The notes under the pieces: generated by a model
The model's input: the letters and a program-made list of their open reading frames with translations, nothing else
The model's database searches: none
What the model was told of the DNA's origin: nothing
In this document: positions 53,986-64,000 of the stretch, piece by piece
How the letters are laid out: each line of letters starts with the position of its first letter
Position numbering within the stretch: the stretch's first letter is position 1
Assembly (NCBI GenBank): GCA_964019335.1
Contig: OZ025745.1
Location: forward strand, 1 to 64,000
Length of the DNA stretch: 64,000 nt
Direction of reading: 5' to 3'
Origin: Diplonema japonicum
Taxonomy: Eukaryota; Protista; Euglenozoa: Diplonemea
Position numbers and translations under genes: made by a program

Positions 53986-56493
53986 ATGACAATCTCTATC
54001 ACGATCCCTGCGAAGTCTATCATCATTATCGCCGCCTTTGTGTCAACAACGGTGTCGCTAATAGCGGGGTTGCTGCTGTACCAGGAGTCCATCACTGCAC
54101 TTTACGATACTGTAGATGAGATAAGCTTGAGCAAGGCGAGCGATACATCGCAAGTGATTCGCAGTGAGTTCGAATACATCAAGACACACGCACAGACGCA
54201 GGGCAAATATATCCTCTACACCAACGTATCGAGCCCCATGGAGCTCACTACAACTTTCGGAAAGAGATCATGGGCTCACTTCATGAGCAGTAATGCCAAA
54301 GGGGTGTACGCCCTAGCCTGCCGCCTTGTGAAAGACATCAATGGTACTGCAACAGGTACCCAGCCTTGGGAATCACCTGACACCTTGATAGCTATGAACA
54401 ACTGGGTAAACTTCGGGGTGGATTCAGTTGAGCCGAGGGAGCTTGTGTACTACCCGAACATATTCACCGCGTTGTCCTTGTACAACAGCACTAGCGAGAC
54501 GCATGCTATGCGCTTTAGCGAGGTCGACCCCACCACAGGTGACACTACGCCGACAGGCAGCAGTGTTGACATCGATGTCCGTGTGCTTGTCGAGGAGATG
54601 GCAGCATCTCGTCCCGATGGCAGGTGGGGCAAAGTTGTCGTGGGTGGAAGCAGGGCCAAACTCAAGGCTAATGTTCATCTCTTCTGGGATCTCACGTTCC
54701 CCGAGGCCCCCAGGTCGCTGCCTGGGTGGACGTTGCAGCTCACCGCGTACATGACATTCCGTTTGTGGCCCACCATTTTAAGCAATTACAAAGGGGTGGA
54801 CGACTCCATGTTCGTGTTGGACTTGTCAGGAGACAAGCTGTACGCGCACACGCTGTTCAACGACGTACCTGTCAAGGGAAACTGCACTGTGATCGATAGC
54901 AGCGACCTCGCAATACACTACGGAACCCGCCTTTGTCCGCTGTCACCTGGTGATCTCGGTCCCACTGTGCAGGGCGCAATCCAAAGTGCCAAGGACGTGG
55001 GACCCGGGAGGTTTTACACGCGAAGTCTCGACAGCACCAACTTTATATTTACTGTGAAGTACCGGGAAAACCAGACTGCCAGGAGCCTTGGTATCGACTT
55101 GGGGATAGAAGACGTGCCGCAGCGCATTGTACTCGACGGCGGAGAGTACTTCTTGCGGCTCTCGTCTATTTACTCCTTCGATAGCAATAACACAGGTATA
55201 GAACTACTCTGGATGCGCCCCGTGAGCAGCGTCAGCGACAAGGTGCTGTCGGCGCTCATCCAATTCATCCTCTTCTGCGTCGTGATATTTGTGTTCGACG
55301 CGTTGATTGCAGTGATCGAGATGTTGTTCCTCACGATGCCCCTCGGAACCCTTTCATCTGCTATATGTAGTTTGCAAGAAATGGACTTGGTCGAGGCTCG
55401 CAGGAAAGCCGAACTGACAACGAGTATCATATCTGTGTCAGAGGTACATGTTTTAAAGATGGGGCTGCTGTTTGCGTGCAGCAATCTGGAAGAGTACAAG
55501 GCCTACCTGCCCGATAGCGTCTTCGAAGTGTGGGAGAGCACGGAAGACGAGACCAAGTTCAGCAAGATGGAGGAGTCGACAGAAGTAAGCAAAGCGAACA
55601 GCAAATCATCGAACAAAAGCAGGTTGAGCAACGAACGGGCAAGGCTTCCAACAACGAGGTTGGTGCATATCTACAACAGAGCGTGCTTGTGCTTAGTGCA
55701 CGTCCCGTTGCTTGCCATGCCTGTGATATACGGGGGCGAGGCAGATTTCGGGATGAGGTTCTCAAGGTGGCTGAGCATAATGGAGGCGAACGTAGCCGCC
55801 ACACGCGGCTTGTTCCTCGGGTTCGGTGTTGCGAGCTGCAACAACTTTGTCGTTTCGTGGAACATCACCACACGGTGCGACACACCTGTACAACGTGCTG
55901 CCAACTGTATGTTCTCCGTGATCGAAAAAAATAGTGAGTACGATCTGGACGCCCCTGCCATAGCCGCGGGTATTGTGATGGGCAAGGTGACGGCGGGGAA
56001 CCTGGGAAGCGACACAAAAAGGGGTTTTGCTGTAGGTGGACCTGCAATTGATTCTCTAGAAGGTGTGTGCCATGTTGCAAAGCAGCTTGTCGTGCAGTTG
56101 GGCATCTCAACAGTGACGGTGTCCAATACGGCGGCTGAGAGCATGTTGGGTGAATTCTTAGTCTGTCCTTACTCTGTGTTTGATTACGGTTCTCTGGTGC
56201 CCGAGATCGTATTTGTTGTCACAGAACGTGTGACGGAAAGGGGAAAGGAGTGGATGTACATGTTGGAGGAGGTGGAAGACAGCGTTTCCATGAAGGTGTT
56301 CGACCTCTTCAAAAAGATCAGAAGGAAGGCGGCCACACCCGCGCTTTTGGAACAAGTCATCGGGGTTCTTGAGAAGAACAAGGGGAAGTTCCCGGTTTTC
56401 GTCCCCTTGATTCGGAAGCTGCAGGAATGCGCTGGCGATCCCTTAGCGCTTATGGAGATGTGGGCACATGCGGCGTTGATTCCTTCAAGCTAA
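53986..56493 (+). CDS. Receptor-type (2 TM, extracellular sensor) degenerate class III nucleotidyl-cyclase-like protein
   Basis: TM-sensor-TM-HAMP-like layout, YKAYLP, AGIVMGKVTAGNLGS..RGFAVGGP, EWMY. Metal-binding Asp residues are not evident. Confidence 0.65.
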   Translation: MTISITIPAKSIIIIAAFVSTTVSLIAGLLLYQESITALYDTVDEISLSKASDTSQVIRSEFEYIKTHAQTQGKYILYTNVSSPMELTTTFGKRSWAHFMSSNAKGVYALACRLVKDINGTATGTQPWESPDTLIAMNNWVNFGVDSVEPRELVYYPNIFTALSLYNSTSETHAMRFSEVDPTTGDTTPTGSSVDIDVRVLVEEMAASRPDGRWGKVVVGGSRAKLKANVHLFWDLTFPEAPRSLPGWTLQLTAYMTFRLWPTILSNYKGVDDSMFVLDLSGDKLYAHTLFNDVPVKGNCTVIDSSDLAIHYGTRLCPLSPGDLGPTVQGAIQSAKDVGPGRFYTRSLDSTNFIFTVKYRENQTARSLGIDLGIEDVPQRIVLDGGEYFLRLSSIYSFDSNNTGIELLWMRPVSSVSDKVLSALIQFILFCVVIFVFDALIAVIEMLFLTMPLGTLSSAICSLQEMDLVEARRKAELTTSIISVSEVHVLKMGLLFACSNLEEYKAYLPDSVFEVWESTEDETKFSKMEESTEVSKANSKSSNKSRLSNERARLPTTRLVHIYNRACLCLVHVPLLAMPVIYGGEADFGMRFSRWLSIMEANVAATRGLFLGFGVASCNNFVVSWNITTRCDTPVQRAANCMFSVIEKNSEYDLDAPAIAAGIVMGKVTAGNLGSDTKRGFAVGGPAIDSLEGVCHVAKQLVVQLGISTVTVSNTAAESMLGEFLVCPYSVFDYGSLVPEIVFVVTERVTERGKEWMYMLEEVEDSVSMKVFDLFKKIRRKAATPALLEQVIGVLEKNKGKFPVFVPLIRKLQECAGDPLALMEMWAHAALIPSS

Positions 56494-57102
56494 TTTCATC
56501 GCCTTCCGGCGTTTGAGAAAGTTTTATTTTTTTCTTTTTCTTCTTTTGTTTTGTTTTTTTTGGTTTTGTTTTTGTATTTCTTTTTGTTTTTTTTTCCCCC
56601 TTCTTTTTTGCGCGCAAAAGACATTTAATTATTATTCATGGCGAAGAACAAGATTCATTTCACTTATTGAGTACTTGCTACCCTAGAAATGTCACATGAA
56701 AAAAAAAAGTTTCACCGCCCCTCCCCTCCTCTCACCACCCCCCCTGCCGCCAACGCCTCGAATGACAAAGCTTCGCAAGGGGTGATTTGTTTCCGATCTA
56801 GAACCCGGAGCATGGGCTACATTCGGGGTATTTTTTTTTGGCGGGCCGTTGCTAACCACTTCGTTCCTATCATAGTGAATTTTTTTTATTTTCTTTTTCC
56901 AGTTGATGGGGATAACATCGAGGTTGTTCGCTGTTGGTGTTTGTGCAGGACACCTACACCGGCTTCCTTGGTCTCGCACACGGTAAGTGGTTTTATTTCA
57001 CGACTCTCTGAAATTACTTCAACTACGAGGGAGCAAAAGAGGTGACAAGGGGTAAAACAAGAGAGGGGTTACAATTCTCAATACAAGTCTCCCTTTTTTT
57101 TT

Positions 57103-59176
57103 GGAATCCTTCAGGGATGCCCGATTTCAGTGGTACTCATCAACGCGCTGTTGGCGGTACTAATGAAGCAGGTGGGGAACGACACAGGGGTCCGCTCGCT
57201 GTCTTACGCGGACGATGCATACCTCTTGGCACGGCTCGGTGCGGCGTTGCAGGAAGGCGTAGACGCAGTGGAAGCCTTCTGCAAACAGGTGGGGATGAAG
57301 CTCAACACCAGGAAGACGAAGACCTTTGCAGTGAACAGGAAGACACCGGAGGTGAAGGTGAAAGGCGAGGAACTGCAGCCGACACGGACTGTAGGAGTAC
57401 TGGGAGCCAAGCTGCGGACAGACGGCAGGCCGCAAACCAACGGCGACAGGACGGCGGAGGCACTCGGGACGCTGAGCAGGCTGGGAGCAACGCCGTTGTC
57501 CTATCAGCAGAAGGCGAAGATCATCAGCAGCACGATCCTACCGAGCTGCCTCTACGACTGCCCATTCTCACCGCCGAAAACGGGACAAATGGCCACGCTG
57601 GTGAAGGAGACCACGTACGCGCTCTGGGGGCAGAAGTACTGCACCAGGAACCCAGGCACAGTACTGTCCGTGACACTGCCGGGACACACGAGCCACCCAC
57701 AGATGACAGCCGCATACAGAGCACTTATGCTCCTATACAGAGCCTGCAAGAAGGACGACAAGCTGTGGACACGCTGCGACGCCATTGCCAAACGGTACAG
57801 CGGGAAGAAGATACCGCTGGGGCCGGTGGGCATCATGATGGAAAGGTGGCTGCCTCAGATCAAGTTAAGCTGGGCACAGCTGAAGGACACCCACGCACTG
57901 GAAAAGGAGCCCTACAAGCGCTACATCAGGGACCGACTCAGGCGGGCGGAAGCACAGGAAATCATGAGCAAACGGAGCACCATGGGGGGCATGGAAGCGG
58001 CAGCAGCGGAGACCAACGCGCTGTGGAGGAAGCTGGTGGTGACGGACCCGATTGCAGCAAAGGACGTGCGAAGGATCATCACGGGGGCAGTGTTCTACAT
58101 CAACCCACGGGGATGGCGCACGGACACGGTGGAGCACATCCCGATGGCGGAAGGAGAAGAAGACGAGGATGAAGACGAGGCGGAAGATGAACAAGAAGAA
58201 GAAGAAGAGGAAGGACAGGACACCGAAAAGTGGCTGATTGCGGAGGCGAGGAAGCAAGAAGCTAAGCAGGCCGAACCCACGACGGCACACTGCGACATCT
58301 GCGGTCAGGAGCAACAGCTGCCCAACATGCTGGAGCACGCAATGTGGGAGTGCGAAAAGGCCAAGGAAGTGCAACACGAAGGCATGACGCGCAGGGGGCT
58401 GGAACCGTGTACGAAGCTGCATGGCATCCTGCCAAGGGGAGCAGGGAAGGATGTCAGGGAAAGGCTCGAAGGAACGCAGAGGTACCTGCTGGCGGTGGTG
58501 GGGGAGCGGGACGCAGCCCTACAAGCGAAGAGGCAGGAGGTGTACCACACACACCAGTGGCTGGAGATCACACAAGGTCAAGAACACCCAGTACCGTCGG
58601 ACAAGGACTTCGGCAAGCTACCGACAGGGGATGTCCTACGGGAGTACACAAAGGAGGTGCTGAGGTGGATGCGGCAACTGCGCTGGTATGCAGGCAGCAG
58701 GAACACGTCAGTGTCGACGGTGGAGCTGGCACTGGATTTCGAGAACGTGACCGGGAAGACCCTTGGAGGGAAGCTGGGGGATCTCGCAGAAGTACAGCAG
58801 AAAGCGAGGAGATTGCATGGACTGATGAAGAAGATCTGGCACACATGGGAGCTAGGGAGGGTACTGAAGAAGGTGAAAGGAAGGAGGGCTTTCCCAGCTG
58901 AGCCGAGCACAAGGGTGCACACACTACGATCCATCGGGAGGACAAAGGCGGTGATCGGATGGAACAGGAGGGCGATATTTGCATCACCGAAGACCAAGCA
59001 TGACCTAGAGGCGTTGAAAGGACAATGGGCAAGAGAACGAAGAGAAAGAGCGGCCAGGCTGGGGAGCAGGCCGGCAAGACCACCAAAGGAGGAGAAACCG
59101 CTGGGATAGGTGCAGGTAGAAGATGAGAACAAGGGGGCGTCTCACAAAGACTTCCTTTAACTCATATATATTTTTT
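57103..59176 (+). mobile_element. 5'-truncated family-B LINE (RT C-terminal half, CCHC, C-terminal domain, 3' UTR)
   Basis: Begins directly after T9 with GILQGCPIS, then YADD and CDIC..HAMWEC. Paralogous to family A. Confidence 0.92.
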
Positions 59177-59541
59177 ATTGATTTTATAACTAAATGCAAC
59201 TTGTGCCGAGCAAAAAACTTTCGCAGCTTTTTAAAACCCTTTTTTGCTCGTGCGAATAACAAAGACATGTAGTCATATAAAGAATTTTCTTTTTATTCTC
59301 TTTTTTCTTTTCGCGAATCACTATTTTTTTTTCTCTCAACAGTGAGCACCCACCCGCACACCGAAATTTATCAATTTTTTTTTTCTTCGGAGCGAACCGT
59401 GAGCAGCATCGAAGGCTCACTTTAACCCCCTGGGATGAGCCCCCGGGTTGCGGCAAAGTCCAGAAATGCTCAGCACGACGTGGAAGGTCAACCTTCCCTG
59501 CCAACGCCACCGAGGGTGCGCCGCCCCCCCCCCCCCCCCCC

Positions 59542-59750
59542 TAGGGCTATTCTGGCATGGAAATTCTGGCGTTTCCATGCATTTTTTGAAAAAAGGGGAA
59601 ACGGATACGGAAACAGAAACGTTTCCTTATGTTTCCTTAAGAAGGAAACGCGTTTCCATAAGAATTTTGAAAAGTATAGCAACGGGAACGGAAACGTTTC
59701 CACGTTTCCTGCCAGCATAGCCGGGTCCAGGAAACGTGGAAACAGCCCCT
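59542..59750. mobile_element. MITE-like element of about 210 nt (possibly hAT) inside a poly-C tract
   Basis: Ends TAGGGCT...AGCCCCT; internal imperfect inverted repeat GGCTATTCTGGCATGGAAA/TTTCCTGCCAGCATAGCC; many GGAAAC/GTTTCC units. Confidence 0.5.
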
Positions 59751-60367
59751 CCCCCCCCCCCCCCCCCCCCCCCCGAGCGTTTAAGGGTTAAAAGAATAAT
59801 TTTTTTTTTTGCTGTACGATAGTGCCCTGTTTGTTTACTGATAATAGCATAAAAGGCAAGCGAAAAAGAAAAGGGGGGGGTGGACCAGCACACAGTGACA
59901 AGAAGATTGCTTATGCTTTCGTTGTCTTATTTCTTTCGATCTGTTTGTTTCGCTGTGTTAAGTTATTCATTATATATGTGTACCGTCATCTCCTCACGAC
60001 AGACAGCTGCCGCTGACAGGTAAGAAGAACTCTTCTCTCTTTTTTTTCCTCCTCTCTTTTTTTTCCTTTCGTTTTTTTTTTTTTTTTTTTTTTTCGGATG
60101 AAAAGTAATGGCAAGCCATCTTCCTCCATTGCCCCTTCTTCAGCAATGAATATGGAGCGGACGAATATGGCACATGACCCCACAAAGTTGTTAGGGTGCA
60201 GCCACATCTTTTCCCCGTCACAGGGTGATCTCACCCAACTTCCCATCTCAGTACAGTGTACGGCCTTCTTTGTGACACATAGCTTTTTAATAATTGGTTA
60301 TCTATTCGGGGATTCTTTTTTATTCTCGGTTGTCTTTATGTTCATTCCAGTGAAACGAAACTGCAAC

Positions 60368-63300
60368 ATGACCGACTATGGTATTCGTGGTGACTTCTCT
60401 GGGGACGCTGAGAAGGCAAAACTGATCCATGACGTAGCTGCAGCTCTGGAAGCAGGGAAACAACCCAGCAATGACGAGATCATAGCAGCCCTCGAGGCTG
60501 TGCCCTTCTCGGGGAGGGCAACATTTATCAACAACCTAGTGAAGACACCAGTAAGGGATGCGGTGGTTGCAAGCTTGTTCGAATGCTGTTTTGAGGTAGA
60601 TGACAGCGTTGAAGGCGAGGCAGATGATGACTTCATGTTGGTGAGCTGCGGGGGAACCAAGAGGCTCAACACCAAGCGTGTTTACATCTTAAAGTTGCTC
60701 TGCATGGTGATCCCCAGATGTGGCAAACTTGGCGTTTCCTTGTTCAACGAGTACAGGCTCTCCACAAGCACAACCTTCAGAAGCTCCCTCTTGGCAGGCA
60801 TGGTCAAGTGCAAGGAGTATCCCGACGAAGAGCTCTTCGAGTCCTTCAACTCCACCATCGACACCGGCAAGGCCACCATCATCGAAATCTGCAAAGATAC
60901 CCCACACCGTAAGGACTTCATCCAGATGCTCGTCAAGAAAGGCCTCGCCCCCTTTGCAACTCTGTACTGGTGCTCCTCCGAAGTTGTTTCACAGAATGTC
61001 GAGAAGCTGCTCCATCTCGGGATCACGAACGCCAAGGAGCACTTCCATGTGTTCATGGCTTACTTGGAGAAGGAGTTCGTCAACTGCGGGGACAACGCCC
61101 TCGCGAAGAGTGATGTCATGAAGAAGTTCGAAAGGCACGCAATGCATGTAAAGGAAACCGACCACATCATGCAGATGTTCGACATGTGTATCAAACACTG
61201 CCCGCTAGAGATTATCGCCACAGAGCACCGCGAAGATGTGAAGCAGCACCTGTTGGCTGTGGCAAAGGATGGCAAGCTGACTGACAAGTATGACTCCGTG
61301 CAGAGGTACTACCCGAGGGATTTCATCAGGAGATTGGTGCGTCCTGCTGAAGTCCTCACTCAGCTTTCAACGGTCACTCCTGCAGGGCTCGTCTTCAAGG
61401 AAGGCTATTGGTGGCTATGCATAGAGCTGCTGAAGGTGTTGCCTCGTTCAAGGTATCAGCTAGTCACACTGTGCATGGACAATCTGACCTCTGAGGACTT
61501 CAAGAACGTGCAGAAAGAGAAGTCCGCAGCTAGGAAGGTGTACGACTTGATGTTGCCCTACTTGACATGGGGCACAATGCACTCGACTCGGAAGTCGCGC
61601 GATCTTCTCGATTCTTGGATTGGTCTTCACTTAAGGAACACACCGGAAAAGCAGGGCAAGGCAAATGAACATTTGTGGGTCGACTGGTTCCGATGCATCA
61701 CCCAACCTTTCAAACAGTTGATGAGCAACGCCTTAAGGCTGGGAACGGCGGCGTGTGGGGTGTGGGACAAGACAGTGCCCCTTACAGGGATCACATCGTA
61801 TTTGGGCTATTACAGGGCTCTGCTTGAGAGACTGACAACAAAATGTATTGCACCTCATGAGAAGCACCTAAGCGACAAGCTCTGCATCGACACTTTAACC
61901 GAGGTGCTTGCTAGTGGCCTGTCCATACTCACCACAGATGACTCCGTCGCTGTAGATAAGTTGCGCGAGGTAGTCGATGACGTTCTGCTCAACAGCGTGT
62001 TTCCAAAAATGAGACGAACATTGAACTTCAACTATGCTTCGAAGAACTACATCACAAGGGAGACTGCGTCCGACTTTTGGAGGTGGTGCGGGCAGCTTTT
62101 CACGCCGAATATGATCCGCAGAAACAGCAAGCTAAGGGCGGCCGCACTGGACTTGATGGAAAGGACGTACAAGGAGTCCGTTCTGTCTGAGGACTACATC
62201 GCAAGAAGCTTCATAGAGTCTGTGTCGGAGGAAGGGCGCGTTTCGTTCGTTAGACTGAACGATTCAGAGCACAAAAACACTGGTTCAAAGGCAAAAGAGT
62301 TTATGCTCACCGTGGTCGACACATCGCGTAACGATGACGCACTCGCCGAGAAGGCGTGGAACATGTGGACGAGTTTCGTCCTCGATACCAAGGTCAGGCA
62401 CGGCGGTCAATGGTTCACCGAACGCCAGCGTTTGAGCATGACTATCGACGCCCATGCCCCAATCCTAAGATCCTACCTGAACGCATGCCGCATGTTGCCG
62501 AAGGTGTTGTTGGCGAAGGAGAAGGAAACGCTGCTGTCTATGGGTAAGCACTTCATGTCACACGGGGTGTTCCAAACAATTTCAAGAGACATCAACAGCT
62601 TAGGACTGACACTTGCTGTCTTGGATGTGTGCAACCTCAAAGAGGAAGTAAAACTGAAATGGATTCTCGACAGCCAGGATGTGTCGAACGCAGCTGTCAG
62701 GAAGCACCTGCAAGAAGCAACGACAGGTAGTGACATGCATGTTAGAATGCAAGCACACGTCCAGTTACTGACCAGGTCGAAGCAAACCAACCTGAAAGAA
62801 ACTGCTATTTCCCTGAAATACGTATCCGAGAAGATCAGAAATGAAGCTGGTCTGACTAGGCCGCAGGTATATGACTGGGTGACAAACAACATTGAGTCGA
62901 TGGTGACTACGAGCATCCATAACGAGGAGTGCATCGATGTCCTGACGCACGCGCTCGACAAGATGTTGCGCGACGACATCAGCAAGAGGGACACAGTGGC
63001 GAAGGGCACGTTCCAGCGCATAGCTAAGCAGATCATGGACTCCGCTCTCTCTTACAACCAGATGAAACGCAAACTCGCTCAGCGCAGAGCGTGGATTGTG
63101 GCAGCAATGAACCTGTTGTGGCTGGTTACAAAGACCATTCGTGGTGAAGAGGAATGGAAAACGTACACTTGGGACATTCCACGTACATACTTCCGCACAC
63201 ACTGGCTACCTAAGGCAGACTTAGTTAATGTCCTGAAGCCTTTCCTTTCTGAGGAATGCAGAGTCTGCGATTATGATACGCTGAGAGTGAGTGTGTACCG

Positions 63301-64000
63301 TGAAAATCTCTACCAAAACAGTGCCGACGAGTATCTGACTCCAGCTGACGCTGTTGACCTGCTGGTCTCCGCCTTGGAAGAGGTCAGGAGCGAGCACTAC
63401 AAACTCAACAAGGACAACACCTGGTTGCAAGGTTCTTGTCTCGACACGTCTACCACCGAAGGTTTCAACAGGTTCACAACATTGCTGAAGTACACAGGCC
63501 CCAGGTGGGTTGAGGTGCCGGTGCTTGTCACTAAATTCACGGAGTCCATCACTCTGATCGAAAAGAGCTACACCCACAGCAGACTGGAGACCACTATCAG
63601 GATGTTCAAGCAGATTCGTGACCTGTACAGCTCGTCGCTGTGGTACGAACTGCCTCTCATGGACGAAGCCTGTTCCGCTCTGATGCGTGCCTCCTGTAGC
63701 AATGGAGGCCTGAATCTTGGGCAGATCAAGCCGTTCTGGATGGAAGCCGAAGCTGGTAGAGGCATCCTAAACTTCGAAAAATTGACCGACGTGCAGAAGA
63801 CCTTTGTTATTGCAAACTGCCCTAATATTCGGAAGAAGGCGAAGACAGAAAAGGATCGCGACATGCTGAAAGATGAAGCAGACACACGCACTGTCACTAC
63901 AGTGCGCAAACTGCTTGGCTTCGATAAGTCATTTATTTTTGATTTTGATGTGCGCTCTGTGTTGGTGAATAAGAGAGATGACCTCCTGGGGAGCTACATC
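60368..64000 (+). CDS. Large hypothetical helical protein, 3'-partial (over 1200 aa; absent from the ORF track because it has no stop in the window)
   Basis: MTDYGIRGDFSGDAEKAKLIHDV... The frame is open at spot checks through to the window end; an alternative in-frame ATG lies at 60338. Confidence 0.8.
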   Translation, partial: MTDYGIRGDFSGDAEKAKLIHDVAAALEAGKQPSNDEIIAALEAVPFSGRATFINNLVKTPVRDAVVASLFECCFEVDDSVEGEADDDFMLVSCGGTKRLNTKRVYILKLLCMVIPRCGKLGVSLFNEYRLSTSTTFRSSLLAGMVKCKEYPDEELFESFNSTIDTGKATIIEICKDTPHRKDFIQMLVKKGLAPFATLYWCSSEVVSQNVEKLLHLGITNAKEHFHVFMAYLEKEFVNCGDNALAKSDVMKKFERHAMHVKETDHIMQMFDMCIKHCPLEIIATEHREDVKQHLLAVAKDGKLTDKYDSVQRYYPRDFIRRLVRPAEVLTQLSTVTPAGLVFKEGYWWLCIELLKVLPRSRYQLVTLCMDNLTSEDFKNVQKEKSAARKVYDLMLPYLTWGTMHSTRKSRDLLDSWIGLHLRNTPEKQGKANEHLWVDWFRCITQPFKQLMSNALRLGTAACGVWDKTVPLTGITSYLGYYRALLERLTTKCIAPHEKHLSDKLCIDTLTEVLASGLSILTTDDSVAVDKLREVVDDVLLNSVFPKMRRTLNFNYASKNYITRETASDFWRWCGQLFTPNMIRRNSKLRAAALDLMERTYKESVLSEDYIARSFIESVSEEGRVSFVRLNDSEHKNTGSKAKEFMLTVVDTSRNDDALAEKAWNMWTSFVLDTKVRHGGQWFTERQRLSMTIDAHAPILRSYLNACRMLPKVLLAKEKETLLSMGKHFMSHGVFQTISRDINSLGLTLAVLDVCNLKEEVKLKWILDSQDVSNAAVRKHLQEATTGSDMHVRMQAHVQLLTRSKQTNLKETAISLKYVSEKIRNEAGLTRPQVYDWVTNNIESMVTTSIHNEECIDVLTHALDKMLRDDISKRDTVAKGTFQRIAKQIMDSALSYNQMKRKLAQRRAWIVAAMNLLWLVTKTIRGEEEWKTYTWDIPRTYFRTHWLPKADLVNVLKPFLSEECRVCDYDTLRVSVYRENLYQNSADEYLTPADAVDLLVSALEEVRSEHYKLNKDNTWLQGSCLDTSTTEGFNRFTTLLKYTGPRWVEVPVLVTKFTESITLIEKSYTHSRLETTIRMFKQIRDLYSSSLWYELPLMDEACSALMRASCSNGGLNLGQIKPFWMEAEAGRGILNFEKLTDVQKTFVIANCPNIRKKAKTEKDRDMLKDEADTRTVTTVRKLLGFDKSFIFDFDVRSVLVNKRDDLLGSYI

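Noticed and set aside
57042-58172. 376-aa alternative-frame ORF overlapping LINE B
   Set aside because: Shadow frame of GC/purine-rich RT coding sequence, with no motifs and crossing the insertion junction.
60376-63909. Minus-strand ORFs at the window end (and antisense ORFs over other genes)
   Set aside because: Antisense shadows of long + strand coding frames.

Overview
Eukaryotic genomic DNA, most likely a euglenozoan and probably diplonemid-like. This is inferred from about 25 nearly intron-free genes all on the + strand, homopolymer-rich spacers, short GT-AG introns, a receptor-type cyclase-like gene and BspA-type LRR genes. Recognisable genes include a tandem SpoVS-domain protein, Ubl-LRR, ART-LRR-F-box, EF-hand/Dpy-30, TLC, M16 peptidase, MORN, two Cys-rich surface proteins, an alpha/beta hydrolase, a double-FYVE coiled-coil protein, a METTL13/EEF1AKMT4-like methyltransferase, LRRC45-like, a Derlin, a degenerate cyclase and a large ORF running off the end. 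The most unusual content is a group of related APE-RT non-LTR retrotransposons (families A, B, C and possibly D). Every copy is co-oriented with the genes, ends in a T-rich tract rather than poly(A), and mostly starts after a T-tract. Families A-C end in a similar AGG(G)CG..TCCT-type hairpin, and many 18-50 nt 3' stubs are scattered between genes. The near-full copy has an in-frame TGA, an AUGA-overlapping mini-ORF and a 2A-like GIEPHPGP at its ORF1/ORF2 junction. One family-B copy appears split by a 3.2 kb cassette made of a family-A piece, the Ubl-LRR gene and an inverted Arf pseudogene. Also seen are four 31-45 nt GTATG..AG introns without polypyrimidine tracts and two TIR-bounded MITE-like elements. 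All protein assignments come from motif recognition by eye; no database searches were run.
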